A DNA stretch of 64,000 bases, from contig CAWFOU010000001.1 of the NCBI GenBank assembly GCA_963817525.1, positions 64,001 through 128,000 on the forward strand. The letters run 5' to 3'. How positions within the stretch are numbered: the first letter of the stretch is position 1; each line of letters starts with the position of its first letter. The translations under genes were made by a program, and so were the position numbers. Under the pieces are notes generated by a model. The model saw only the letters and a program-made list of their open reading frames with translations, was not told where the DNA came from and made no database searches. This DNA is from an uncultured archaeon (GTDB taxonomy: Archaea; Thermoproteota; Nitrososphaeria; Nitrososphaerales; Gagatemarchaeaceae). Below are positions 56,373 through 64,000 of the stretch, piece after piece.

Positions 56373-57776
56373 CTAGGGCCACGACATCTTCACGTACTTG
56401 TAGGCGTATTCTGCTGCGAGCAGCCCCGTCACCGTAGCCTGGGAGATCCCGCCCACGTATCCGCCGTTCGGCCCTCCCATCAGGCCCCCGACGACGTCGC
56501 CCGCCGCGTACAGCCCCGGGATCGACTTGCCGTGCCTGTCGACGACGTTCGCCCTCCTGTTGACGAGGGGGCCGCCCATCGTCGAGATTATCCCGGGGAC
56601 CACCTTCATCCCGTAGTAGGGAGGCTTCAGCGCGCCGGGGTTGTTTATCCTGGGGACAGGCAGCTCCCCGAGCCTGCGCCTCATCGCCGCCGTGTTGAAC
56701 TTCTCGACCGTAGCCTCGAGGGCCTTGCCGTTAATGCCGAGCTTGACCGCCAGCTCCGCCAGGCTGTCGGCCTTGTAGATGTCGCCCCCCTTCTCGATGA
56801 GCCACGGGTTCGCGGGGACCAGCGTCTGGGTGTCCATCTTCGAGCGCTCCCACGCCTTCTCGTCGAAGATCAAGCGCGCCTCCCCTACCTCGTCCCACCT
56901 CGCGACCGCGTTGGCTACGGCCACGTCCCCCCACCCTTCGTCACGGAATCGCCTCCCGGTCCCGTCCACGATTATCCCATCCTCGATGAGCGTCTCCAGG
57001 GTCGGGTAAGGCCAGAACCTGTCGTCCGTGAATGCCATCGCCGAGACCATGTGCGCGTTGAGGTACTGTAGGTTCACGACCTTCGCCCTGATGGCCAGCG
57101 CCATCTTCAGGCCGTCACCCGTGGCGGTCGCAGACCCCATCAGCTTGCATCCGTCGGCACGGCGGCCTATGTTCTTCCTGAGCAGCTCCCTGTCCGCCTG
57201 GAAGCCACCCGTGGCGAGCACCGTCGCGCCGGCCGGGAGCTTGACCCGCTTTCCCGTGCTGTCCAAGGCCTCGACGCCCACCACCTTGCCCTTGTGGGTG
57301 AGCAGCTTCGTCGCCTCTGTGTTCGTGGCGCTCACGCCTTGGTGGGCGTCGAAGAAGGCCCTCAGCTTCTTTACTATGTTGGGGCCGACGTCCACCTTGT
57401 AGACTGGCGCCGTGGAGATCTTGGACTTGACCTCCAGTCGCGGGGTGTCTCCCCCCGTCCTGTCCACCTGGACGCCCGCGGACTCTAGCCACTCCATGCC
57501 CCTCCGGCAGTTGTCCGCCCAGGCGCGTGCGAGCTCCGGGAGCGCGGTGCCCCTGGTCATCACCCGGTTGTTTAGCTCGTCGGCGGTAGACCCGTAGCTG
57601 ATCCCGGCCGTGTAGTAAGCGCCGGTCGTCGTGAGCGTGTTCCCCTCGCCCATGAAACCGCCCCTCTCCACGAGGAGGACCACGGCGCCCAGCTCGGCCG
57701 CTCTCGAAGCCGCGACGAGCCCGGCCAACCCTCCGCCCACGACCAGGATGTCGTGCTTCTCCTGACCAGCGGACAT
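56373..57776 (-). CDS. FAD-dependent oxidoreductase (flavocytochrome c/TcuA/KstD-like)
   Basis: GGGLAG, LATGGF, ATGDG, STMGG, IPGLYAAG. Confidence 0.88.
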   Translation of the reverse strand: MSAGQEKHDILVVGGGLAGLVAASRAAELGAVVLLVERGGFMGEGNTLTTTGAYYTAGISYGSTADELNNRVMTRGTALPELARAWADNCRRGMEWLESAGVQVDRTGGDTPRLEVKSKISTAPVYKVDVGPNIVKKLRAFFDAHQGVSATNTEATKLLTHKGKVVGVEALDSTGKRVKLPAGATVLATGGFQADRELLRKNIGRRADGCKLMGSATATGDGLKMALAIRAKVVNLQYLNAHMVSAMAFTDDRFWPYPTLETLIEDGIIVDGTGRRFRDEGWGDVAVANAVARWDEVGEARLIFDEKAWERSKMDTQTLVPANPWLIEKGGDIYKADSLAELAVKLGINGKALEATVEKFNTAAMRRRLGELPVPRINNPGALKPPYYGMKVVPGIISTMGGPLVNRRANVVDRHGKSIPGLYAAGDVVGGLMGGPNGGYVGGISQATVTGLLAAEYAYKYVKMSWP

Positions 57777-57870
57777 CTCTGGCCTCAGAGGCACTCGCCG
57801 GATATTAATGCGTCCCGGTTTCCGCGTTCAGTTTGGCGCTCTGGGTCTACCTCGGGCCCCACCACGCCCG

Positions 57871-58470
57871 TTAGTCCGGCCGGCGATTGCCAGGGCCCGA
57901 GGGGCGCTGTCCAGCAGGGTATTGCTTTCGAAGCTCAGCGACTCGGCCAAGCCACTCTGGCATGGGCTTGCCGTCGAGCTGCGCCTCCAGGCGCTCGAGG
58001 AAGGCGTGCATCCCCGACGCGAAGCCTATCGCGGTCCCGCGCGTCAGCTTGCGGAATGTGAACGTCATGAGAGTCTCCTGCCCGTCCCGGGCGAGCTCCC
58101 AGCGGACTATCGAGTCCTCCCCCGAGGGAAGCTCGGGGCGCGGCGCGACCTTCCATTCGTGCTCGAAGAGGTGCGGCGGGTCCCAGGAGAGTATCCGGCC
58201 GGTGACGTGGAATTGCGACGGCCCGCTGACGAAGTCGATCGACCCGTCCCTCCCGGCAGTTATCTTGACGCGTGTCATGTACCACCCTTTGAGTTCCTCC
58301 GGGTCAGTGATGGCCGACCACACGTCCTCCGGGGGGTGCCCGATGCGGCGGGTGAACGTCATCGTCGCGCAGTCGCCATCGAACGCGAGGGTCCCCACCG
58401 GGGTGACCTGCCTATCGGAGTTCGACACGGTCTCACTTCGCCCCCCTGGATGCGGCGCGCCTCTTGTCAA
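57871..58470 (-). CDS. SRPBCC (AHA1-like) protein
   Basis: FTRRIGHPPEDVWSAITDPEEL, WDPPHLFE. Confidence 0.85.
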   Translation of the reverse strand: MTRGAPHPGGRSETVSNSDRQVTPVGTLAFDGDCATMTFTRRIGHPPEDVWSAITDPEELKGWYMTRVKITAGRDGSIDFVSGPSQFHVTGRILSWDPPHLFEHEWKVAPRPELPSGEDSIVRWELARDGQETLMTFTFRKLTRGTAIGFASGMHAFLERLEAQLDGKPMPEWLGRVAELRKQYPAGQRPSGPGNRRPD

Positions 58471-58765
58471 GGTGCTCCTCGAGCGCGCCCAAGCGGTCGG
58501 ACCAGAAGGGACGGTATATGGACACCCAGCGGTCGAGCTCTCGGAGCTTCTCCGGCCTGAGTGTGTAGATCCTCTGCTGCGCCTGCGGTCGCACGTCGAC
58601 CAGGCGCGCCTCCCGCAAGACCCTCAGGTGCCTCGAGACGGCAGGCTGAGTGAGCCAAGGGAAGGCGTCAACGAGTTCTCCCGCAGAGCGCTCCCCCTTC
58701 GCCAGCAGGACGAGCATCTCCCGCCTGGTGGGCTCGGCCACCGCGGAGAAGACGTCCATCGCCAT
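58433..58765 (-). CDS. ArsR/SmtB family regulator
   Basis: VAEPTRREML...TQPAVSRHLRVLRE. Confidence 0.92.
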   Translation of the reverse strand: MAMDVFSAVAEPTRREMLVLLAKGERSAGELVDAFPWLTQPAVSRHLRVLREARLVDVRPQAQQRIYTLRPEKLRELDRWVSIYRPFWSDRLGALEEHLDKRRAASRGAK

Positions 58766-58773
58766 CCTCTAGG

Positions 58774-59202
58774 TCACTTTTTCCAGTCTGAGGAGGCGGG
58801 CATCGCCTTCGGCTCCGTTATGCCGAAGGAATTGCCGTCAGGGTCGGTGAAGGCCGCGGCTATCGACCAGGGGTATTCGACGGGCTCCGACCTGAACTCG
58901 ACCCCGCGGGCCTTCAGATCCGCGTACGCCTGGCGGCAGTCCCTGACCTGGAAGTTCCAGGAGGTCCCGTTCCCGGCCTGATTGTGGCTGGGCGGGACGC
59001 CTTCGGTCCTCGACCCGGCCTGCCATAGCGAGATCTCGATGTCCTGGCCCTTGGGGGCGACCGTCACCCACCTGGGGGCACCCGGGGGAGCAACGTCCGC
59101 CCGCTTCTCCAGCCCCAGCGTCTTGGTGTAAAAGTCGAGCGCGGCCTCCTGATTCTTCACAACTACCGTGACGAGAGTCAGCTTCTCAATCGGTGAGTCC
59201 AT
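58774..59202 (-). CDS. VOC/glyoxalase family protein
   Basis: ALDFYTKTLG, FTDPDGN. Confidence 0.9.
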   Translation of the reverse strand: MDSPIEKLTLVTVVVKNQEAALDFYTKTLGLEKRADVAPPGAPRWVTVAPKGQDIEISLWQAGSRTEGVPPSHNQAGNGTSWNFQVRDCRQAYADLKARGVEFRSEPVEYPWSIAAAFTDPDGNSFGITEPKAMPASSDWKK

Positions 59203-59380
59203 GAGCCGGGTATGACTGATACGTGATATAAGCGTTAGCGTATATTCAGACGAAGGTTTGGGCCGCGGGCTCGATCTACAAGTGGTAGATGCCGCGGACT
59301 CACCTCGAACGCAGTCATTGGGCGCTCGAGTATCCGAATGGATCCTTACTAGAATCCTTGGCGCGCTCGACGGGATGCGC

Positions 59381-59668
59381 CTAGTCGCCCGCGATCGCGA
59401 ATATGCTTATCACGGCGACGACGAGAAACGCGATTCCGGCATAGAAGAAACTGCCCGTAACGAACAAGATGAGGACCGCGACCAGGATGGCAGGCAGCAG
59501 GACTATGGCGGCAGCCACGATGAATACGATAATCACCACGCCTATTGCCAGAAGGATGATGCCACCGAAGAGGTCGGCCACGCCTTTCAGAACCCTTTCT
59601 CCCACGTAGAGGGGAGTGCCCGACAGCGCTTGAATCAAGCTGAGCAGGGAAGCGTCCAGGGCTATCAA
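59381..59668 (-). CDS. Small hydrophobic membrane protein
   Basis: Long hydrophobic ORF, start uncertain. Confidence 0.6.
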   Translation of the reverse strand: MIALDASLLSLIQALSGTPLYVGERVLKGVADLFGGIILLAIGVVIIVFIVAAAIVLLPAILVAVLILFVTGSFFYAGIAFLVVAVISIFAIAGD

Positions 59669-59821
59669 GGCAGAGAACTCTGCTCCATCAATACTGAGTC
59701 TGGATTATAAAAGCGACGCGCCTCATTTTCACTTCTCATTCCATGGTTCAGTCAGGTGTGCCTCTGATTGCGCGACCCTATCGCCATCTTTATTATTCCA
59801 TTGACGCTCTCGGGGTGAGGC

Positions 59822-59959
59822 TTGCCAGGCCGGAATCCTAAGAAGAAGACTCGCCAAGGTATCGGTAAAAGAGGGAAGAAGACCGTCTCGAAAGGAAAAC
59901 GTGAGGAAGAGGACCCAGCGAGCTTCAAGGCAGGCGAATCTGACGAAGACGATGACTGA
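59822..59959 (+). CDS. Possible 45-aa basic/acidic microprotein
   Basis: TTG start after GGGGTGA SD. MPGRNPKKKTRQGIGKRGKKTVSKGKREEEDPASFKAGESDEDDD*. Confidence 0.4.
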   Translation: MPGRNPKKKTRQGIGKRGKKTVSKGKREEEDPASFKAGESDEDDD

Positions 59960-60240
59960 CCGGAGGGCGAAGCCCGAAGACGCAGGACCAGAACAGATAT
60001 TTCTCAGGTGGTCCGCAACCCGCACGCATTTCTGCTCGGCTCTTGCAATACCGACGTCTGCTTAACAACGCTCAATTACCTCGCCTGGGAACAAAAGGTG
60101 TACCCGCGGTTGAAAGTGACGGAACTGAGGCTCGAGCAGAAGCTGGGACCCGTGGAAGCCGATGCGATCCCTAGCTCGATTTCGCGTCGGAGTCCTCACC
60201 TGGCTCTTCCAAAGGGCGTGTGCTCTTCCAGTGAGAGGGA

Positions 60241-61353
60241 ATGAAGTCTACTTCTCGCAATTCGAAGGGATTGAAGATCTTCAACGCGGCCTTCATGGTC
60301 TATATCCTGGCCATGGCGGGCGGGGCCTTCTACGTCGAGGCAGCGGGGCAGCACAACACGTCTTCCTCAAGCATCAAGTTTCCCTCCGGCGGTGCATTCG
60401 ATACTGCCGGCAACCTGCTCATATCCGACCAATACAACAACCGGGTAATAGAACTCGACCCGTTGACCGACCAGATCGTCTGGAGCTTCGGCTCCGGGAA
60501 CGGGTCGCTGTGCAACCCGGGACCGGGCTCTGTGATAGGTCCCAACGACGCAGAGCGATTGGCCGGCGGGTTGACCCTGATAAGCGGATCAGGGATCCCG
60601 GCTGGGTCACCTGTGCCCCCCTGCGTGGACAACCGGGTCATCATCGTCAACCAGCAAGGGGAGATCACGTGGCAGTATGGGCGAGCGGGGGCCAATGGCT
60701 CGGGTCAGGACCTTCTAAACGTCCCAGTCTTTGCGATGCAGCTTCCAAACAAAGACATCATGATAGTCGACCAAGGTAACAATCGGGTGATCGAAGTGAA
60801 CTACACGACGAAGCAAATCGACTGGTCATACGGGCCCACTTCCGGGCCGGGAGTGCTCAGCAGCCCGAACTCCGTGCAACTTCTACTCAACGGCGACGTC
60901 CTAATCGCCGACCAAGGCAACAACAGGGTGATCGAGGTAAACCACCAAGGCGACATCGTCTGGCAATATGACCAAGGACTGAACACAGCGGCTTTCGCGA
61001 GCCGCCTGCCGAACAACGACACGCTGATCGTGGACTCGGGGCACTCACGCGTTGTCGAGATCTCGAGCCAGGGTAGCATCGCGTGGCAGTACTACACCAA
61101 CCAGTCCCAGGGCAGTAACCCTGCCCCGTCTCCCTCCTACGCGCTCCGCCTGGCCGGTGGAGACACGGTCATCTCGGACACGCTGAACGACCGAGTCATC
61201 GTCGTCGACACCTCAGGCCAGATAGTGTACCAATATGGCATGACCAACGTTCCTGGAGCAGGCCCGAACGAGCTCGACGGCCCCTACTCAGCGTACGTGA
61301 TCGGGGATTACACAGGCCAGACGGCACCACCCGGTGCGAGCTGGGGCGGATAG
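60241..61353 (+). CDS. Membrane-anchored beta-propeller protein, paralog of 7155-8618 lacking the cupredoxin
   Basis: Shared NNRVIELDPLTxQIVWSFGSGNGSLCNPGPGSVIGPNDAERL. Confidence 0.85.
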   Translation: MKSTSRNSKGLKIFNAAFMVYILAMAGGAFYVEAAGQHNTSSSSIKFPSGGAFDTAGNLLISDQYNNRVIELDPLTDQIVWSFGSGNGSLCNPGPGSVIGPNDAERLAGGLTLISGSGIPAGSPVPPCVDNRVIIVNQQGEITWQYGRAGANGSGQDLLNVPVFAMQLPNKDIMIVDQGNNRVIEVNYTTKQIDWSYGPTSGPGVLSSPNSVQLLLNGDVLIADQGNNRVIEVNHQGDIVWQYDQGLNTAAFASRLPNNDTLIVDSGHSRVVEISSQGSIAWQYYTNQSQGSNPAPSPSYALRLAGGDTVISDTLNDRVIVVDTSGQIVYQYGMTNVPGAGPNELDGPYSAYVIGDYTGQTAPPGASWGG

Positions 61354-61482
61354 AGGGTCGGATGCTTCACCGGAAGATTAGCGACAGGATCCCGATGAAG
61401 ACCCGCCAGCCCGAGCGCAGCAGACCCCAAGGCTTTCGCTGGAATATTTAAAAGGCAGGACGCCGCCGTCTTTTCACCCAAG

Positions 61483-61668
61483 TTGATTCCTGACCTCGCC
61501 ATTGTCACCCTGGCTCTATACGCGCTAGTGATGGTTGCGAGGTTCAACAGGCTGTTGCAGGGGCTCTTGTCAGGCCTGCTGACCCAACTCTTCGGGAAAG
61601 ACCTGATTGGCTCGTTGAGAGCCGCCAGGAACGCCCGCCGACCCCAGGCTCTTCCGACCTCTGAGTAG
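61483..61668 (+). CDS. Small hypothetical membrane peptide
   Basis: ATTTAAAA TATA-like element upstream, hydrophobic N-terminus. Confidence 0.35.
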   Translation: MIPDLAIVTLALYALVMVARFNRLLQGLLSGLLTQLFGKDLIGSLRAARNARRPQALPTSE

Positions 61669-61803
61669 GGTCGGATTTCGAACGCGTCAAAACACGCGTC
61701 TCGGACACCGAGTTTCGACACCCCCCTTGATACGAAAATGTACACAAACGCGTATAACTGCTTATTACACAGCATTCCTTGACCGTCCCCGAGTGCAAGA
61801 TGG

Positions 61804-63240
61804 GTGACCACCTTTGGCAGCGAGCTCAAACTGGCTCAACTTTCCCTGAAGGCTGAGCGCCTAGAGACCAGGGAGACGCCCCGCTCTCTCTTCGTAAAGA
61901 TTCACGAGGAATTCGATAACGCCTTCCTGCTAGAGTCGGCGATAGGCGCCAAGAGGCTGGCGGAGTACTCCTTCATCGGCTTCGAGCCGGACACCATCGT
62001 CCGGGTGAAGGACGGCGCGCTGGCGATGACCTCCCTCGACGGCTCGAAGGAGACCCTCAAGACCGAGGACCCCCTTAATGACCTCAGGACGATCATCGCC
62101 GCCTACTCGTTCGAGCAGAGGGCGCGCAGCCCCTTCCGGTTCATCGGGGGCGCGGTGGGCTACATATCCTACGACTCTATCAGGTACTGGGAGCGGCTCC
62201 CGGCCAACTCAAGAGACGACCTGCAGCTCCCCGACATGGAGTTCGCAATCTACACCGACGGCATCGTCTTCGACCACATCAACAAGGGCATCCATTACTA
62301 CACTCTGGGGCCCGAGAACAGGCTGAAGCAGGTCCAGTCCCTGCTGCGGAGGGCCCGGAGCGCGGGTGGCGAGCTGACCGCGCCCTCGCCTGCGAAGTCC
62401 ACCATGCCCAAGGAGAAGTTCATGGGCATCGTCGAGGCCGCGAAGAAGCAGATCACGGCCGGCGACATCTTCCAGGTAGTGCTCTCCAAGCGCTACGACT
62501 TTCAGCTCGAGGGAGACCTGTGCGTCTTCTACGAGGCGCTGAGCGAGATCAACCCCTCGCCCTACATGTACTTCCTAAAGTTCGGCGAGCGCCTGATCAT
62601 CGGGTCGAGCCCGGAGATGCTCGTCCGCGTCGAGGACCGCCAGGTAGAGACCTTCCCCATCGCTGGCACGCGCCCCCACCTTGCCGACGAGAAGGCGAAC
62701 GAGAAGCTCACGAGGGAGCTCCTCGCCGACCCTAAGGAGCGGGCCGAGCACACCATGCTCGTCGACCTCGCCAGGAACGACGTGGGGAGGGTCGCAAAGT
62801 ACGGGAGCGTGAAGGTCCCGGAGCTCTTCACCGTCCAGCAGTTCAGCCACGTCCAGCACATCGTCTCCAGGGTTGTCGGGACGTTGAGGCCTGAGTTCGA
62901 CTCCTTCGACGCGATGCGCGCGATGTTCCCCGCGGGCACCGTCTCCGGGGCGCCCAAGCCCCGGGCGATGGAGATAATCGAGGAGCTCGAGCCGCTGAGG
63001 CGTGGCCCCTACGCGGGCGCGCTTGGCTACTTCTCGTTCAACGGGAACGCGGACTTTGCCATCACCATCAGGACACTGGTCGCGCGGGGCTCGCGCTGCA
63101 GCATCCAGGCAGGCGCGGGGATAGTCGCCGACTCCGACCCCGAGAAGGAGTGGTATGAGGCCGAGTCCAAGGCGGCCGGGCTGATGAAGGCCGTCGAGAA
63201 GGCCACCGGGAGGCGCCTCGTCGGGGAGGGGAGAAGCTGA
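61804..63240 (+). CDS. trpE: Anthranilate synthase component I
   Basis: FLLES, NPSPYMY, PIAGTR, EHTMLVDLARND, GTVSGAPK. Confidence 0.95.
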   Translation: MTTFGSELKLAQLSLKAERLETRETPRSLFVKIHEEFDNAFLLESAIGAKRLAEYSFIGFEPDTIVRVKDGALAMTSLDGSKETLKTEDPLNDLRTIIAAYSFEQRARSPFRFIGGAVGYISYDSIRYWERLPANSRDDLQLPDMEFAIYTDGIVFDHINKGIHYYTLGPENRLKQVQSLLRRARSAGGELTAPSPAKSTMPKEKFMGIVEAAKKQITAGDIFQVVLSKRYDFQLEGDLCVFYEALSEINPSPYMYFLKFGERLIIGSSPEMLVRVEDRQVETFPIAGTRPHLADEKANEKLTRELLADPKERAEHTMLVDLARNDVGRVAKYGSVKVPELFTVQQFSHVQHIVSRVVGTLRPEFDSFDAMRAMFPAGTVSGAPKPRAMEIIEELEPLRRGPYAGALGYFSFNGNADFAITIRTLVARGSRCSIQAGAGIVADSDPEKEWYEAESKAAGLMKAVEKATGRRLVGEGRS

Positions 63241-63821
63241 AGGTCCTCGTCATCGACAACTACGACTCTTTCGTCTACAACCTCGCCCAGTACGTGGGCG
63301 AGCTGGGCGGGGAGCCGCAGGTCTTCAGGAACGACGCGATAACGATGCGCCAGGTGCGCGACATGGCCCCTGACCGCATAATCATCTCGCCCGGCCCCGG
63401 CCACCCTGCCGACAAGCGGTACTTCGGAGTCTGCGAGAGGATTCTCCAAGAGGTGAGCCCGAATGTCCCCACCCTGGGCGTATGCCTCGGCCATCAGGGC
63501 ATCGGGACATCTTATGGCGCGAAGGTGAGCGGCGCTTCCCGGCTGATGCACGGAAAGACCAGTCGGATAGTCCACGACGGCCAGGGGGTCCTCAAGGGCG
63601 TGAAGAACCCCTTCGAGGCCACGCGCTACCATTCGCTCGCCATCCAGAAAGACGACATCCCAGCGGAGCTGCGGGTGACGGCCCTTTCGATGGACGACGC
63701 GGAGATAATGGGGGTCAGGCACAGGAAGTATCCAATCGAGGGCGTCCAGTTCCATCCCGAGTCGATAATGACCCCCGAGGGCAAGAAGATCATCAGGAAC
63801 TTCCTCAGGGGAACTCGATGA
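63237..63821 (+). CDS. trpG: Anthranilate synthase component II (CTG start)
   Basis: KVLVIDNYDSF directly after CTG overlapping the trpE TGA. SPGPG, GVCLGHQ, QFHPES. Confidence 0.93.
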   Translation: MKVLVIDNYDSFVYNLAQYVGELGGEPQVFRNDAITMRQVRDMAPDRIIISPGPGHPADKRYFGVCERILQEVSPNVPTLGVCLGHQGIGTSYGAKVSGASRLMHGKTSRIVHDGQGVLKGVKNPFEATRYHSLAIQKDDIPAELRVTALSMDDAEIMGVRHRKYPIEGVQFHPESIMTPEGKKIIRNFLRGTR

Positions 63822-64000
63822 CCGCGACGCAGGGCGCCATCCAGGACATGCTGGACGGCAAGGACCTTACGAGCGAGACCATAGAGGCCTGCCTCAAGGA
63901 GATAGTCGAGGGGACCGCGTCCCCCGTCCAGATCGGCGGGCTCCTCGTCGCGCTCAGGAAGAAGGGCGAGACCGTCGAGGAGATCGCGGCGTTCGCCTCG
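63818..64000 (+). CDS. trpD: Anthranilate phosphoribosyltransferase, N-terminal part (truncated by window)
   Basis: ATG overlapping the trpG stop. SPVQIGGLLVALRKKGETVEEIAAFA. Confidence 0.9.
   Translation, partial: MTATQGAIQDMLDGKDLTSETIEACLKEIVEGTASPVQIGGLLVALRKKGETVEEIAAFAS

Noticed and set aside
1-64000. CRISPR array, rRNA, transposase or integrase
   Set aside because: No regularly spaced repeats, rRNA-like tracts or recognisable DDE/tyrosine-recombinase motifs seen by eye.

Overview
GC-rich archaeal chromosome segment. Gene content points to a Nitrososphaerota (Thaumarchaeota)-like lineage (inference): a degenerate FtsZ-like protein, a single-OB SSB, an intron-containing tRNA, TATA boxes and leaderless starts. 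Housekeeping blocks are the metG 3' end, gcvPA/PB, sugar-nucleotide and N-glycosylation genes, a sixA-ppx-tmk-tmk-CHAD polyphosphate operon and trpEGD. They flank a long accessory region after tRNA-Gln with three VapBC modules, DyP, pseudogenes, ABC transporters, metal homeostasis genes and many regulators with visible operators. The main observation is two independent, AT-richer LAGLIDADG endonuclease insertions with the same architecture: orphaned original 5' end of a host gene, then the LAGLIDADG ORF, then a recoded replacement 5' end fused to the rest of the host gene. One sits in tRNA-Gln(UUG), where the replacement copy brings its own TATA box and a BHB intron at 10/11. The other sits in a hexapeptide acetyltransferase, where the replacement start is translationally coupled to the endonuclease stop. 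Also notable are an unannotated 39-aa peptide convergent with a tandem-Lrp regulator, a ribophorin-I-like protein, a TGTTAC-N7-GTAACA regulon motif and several CTG/ACG start codons. All family calls come from motif recognition, not database searches.
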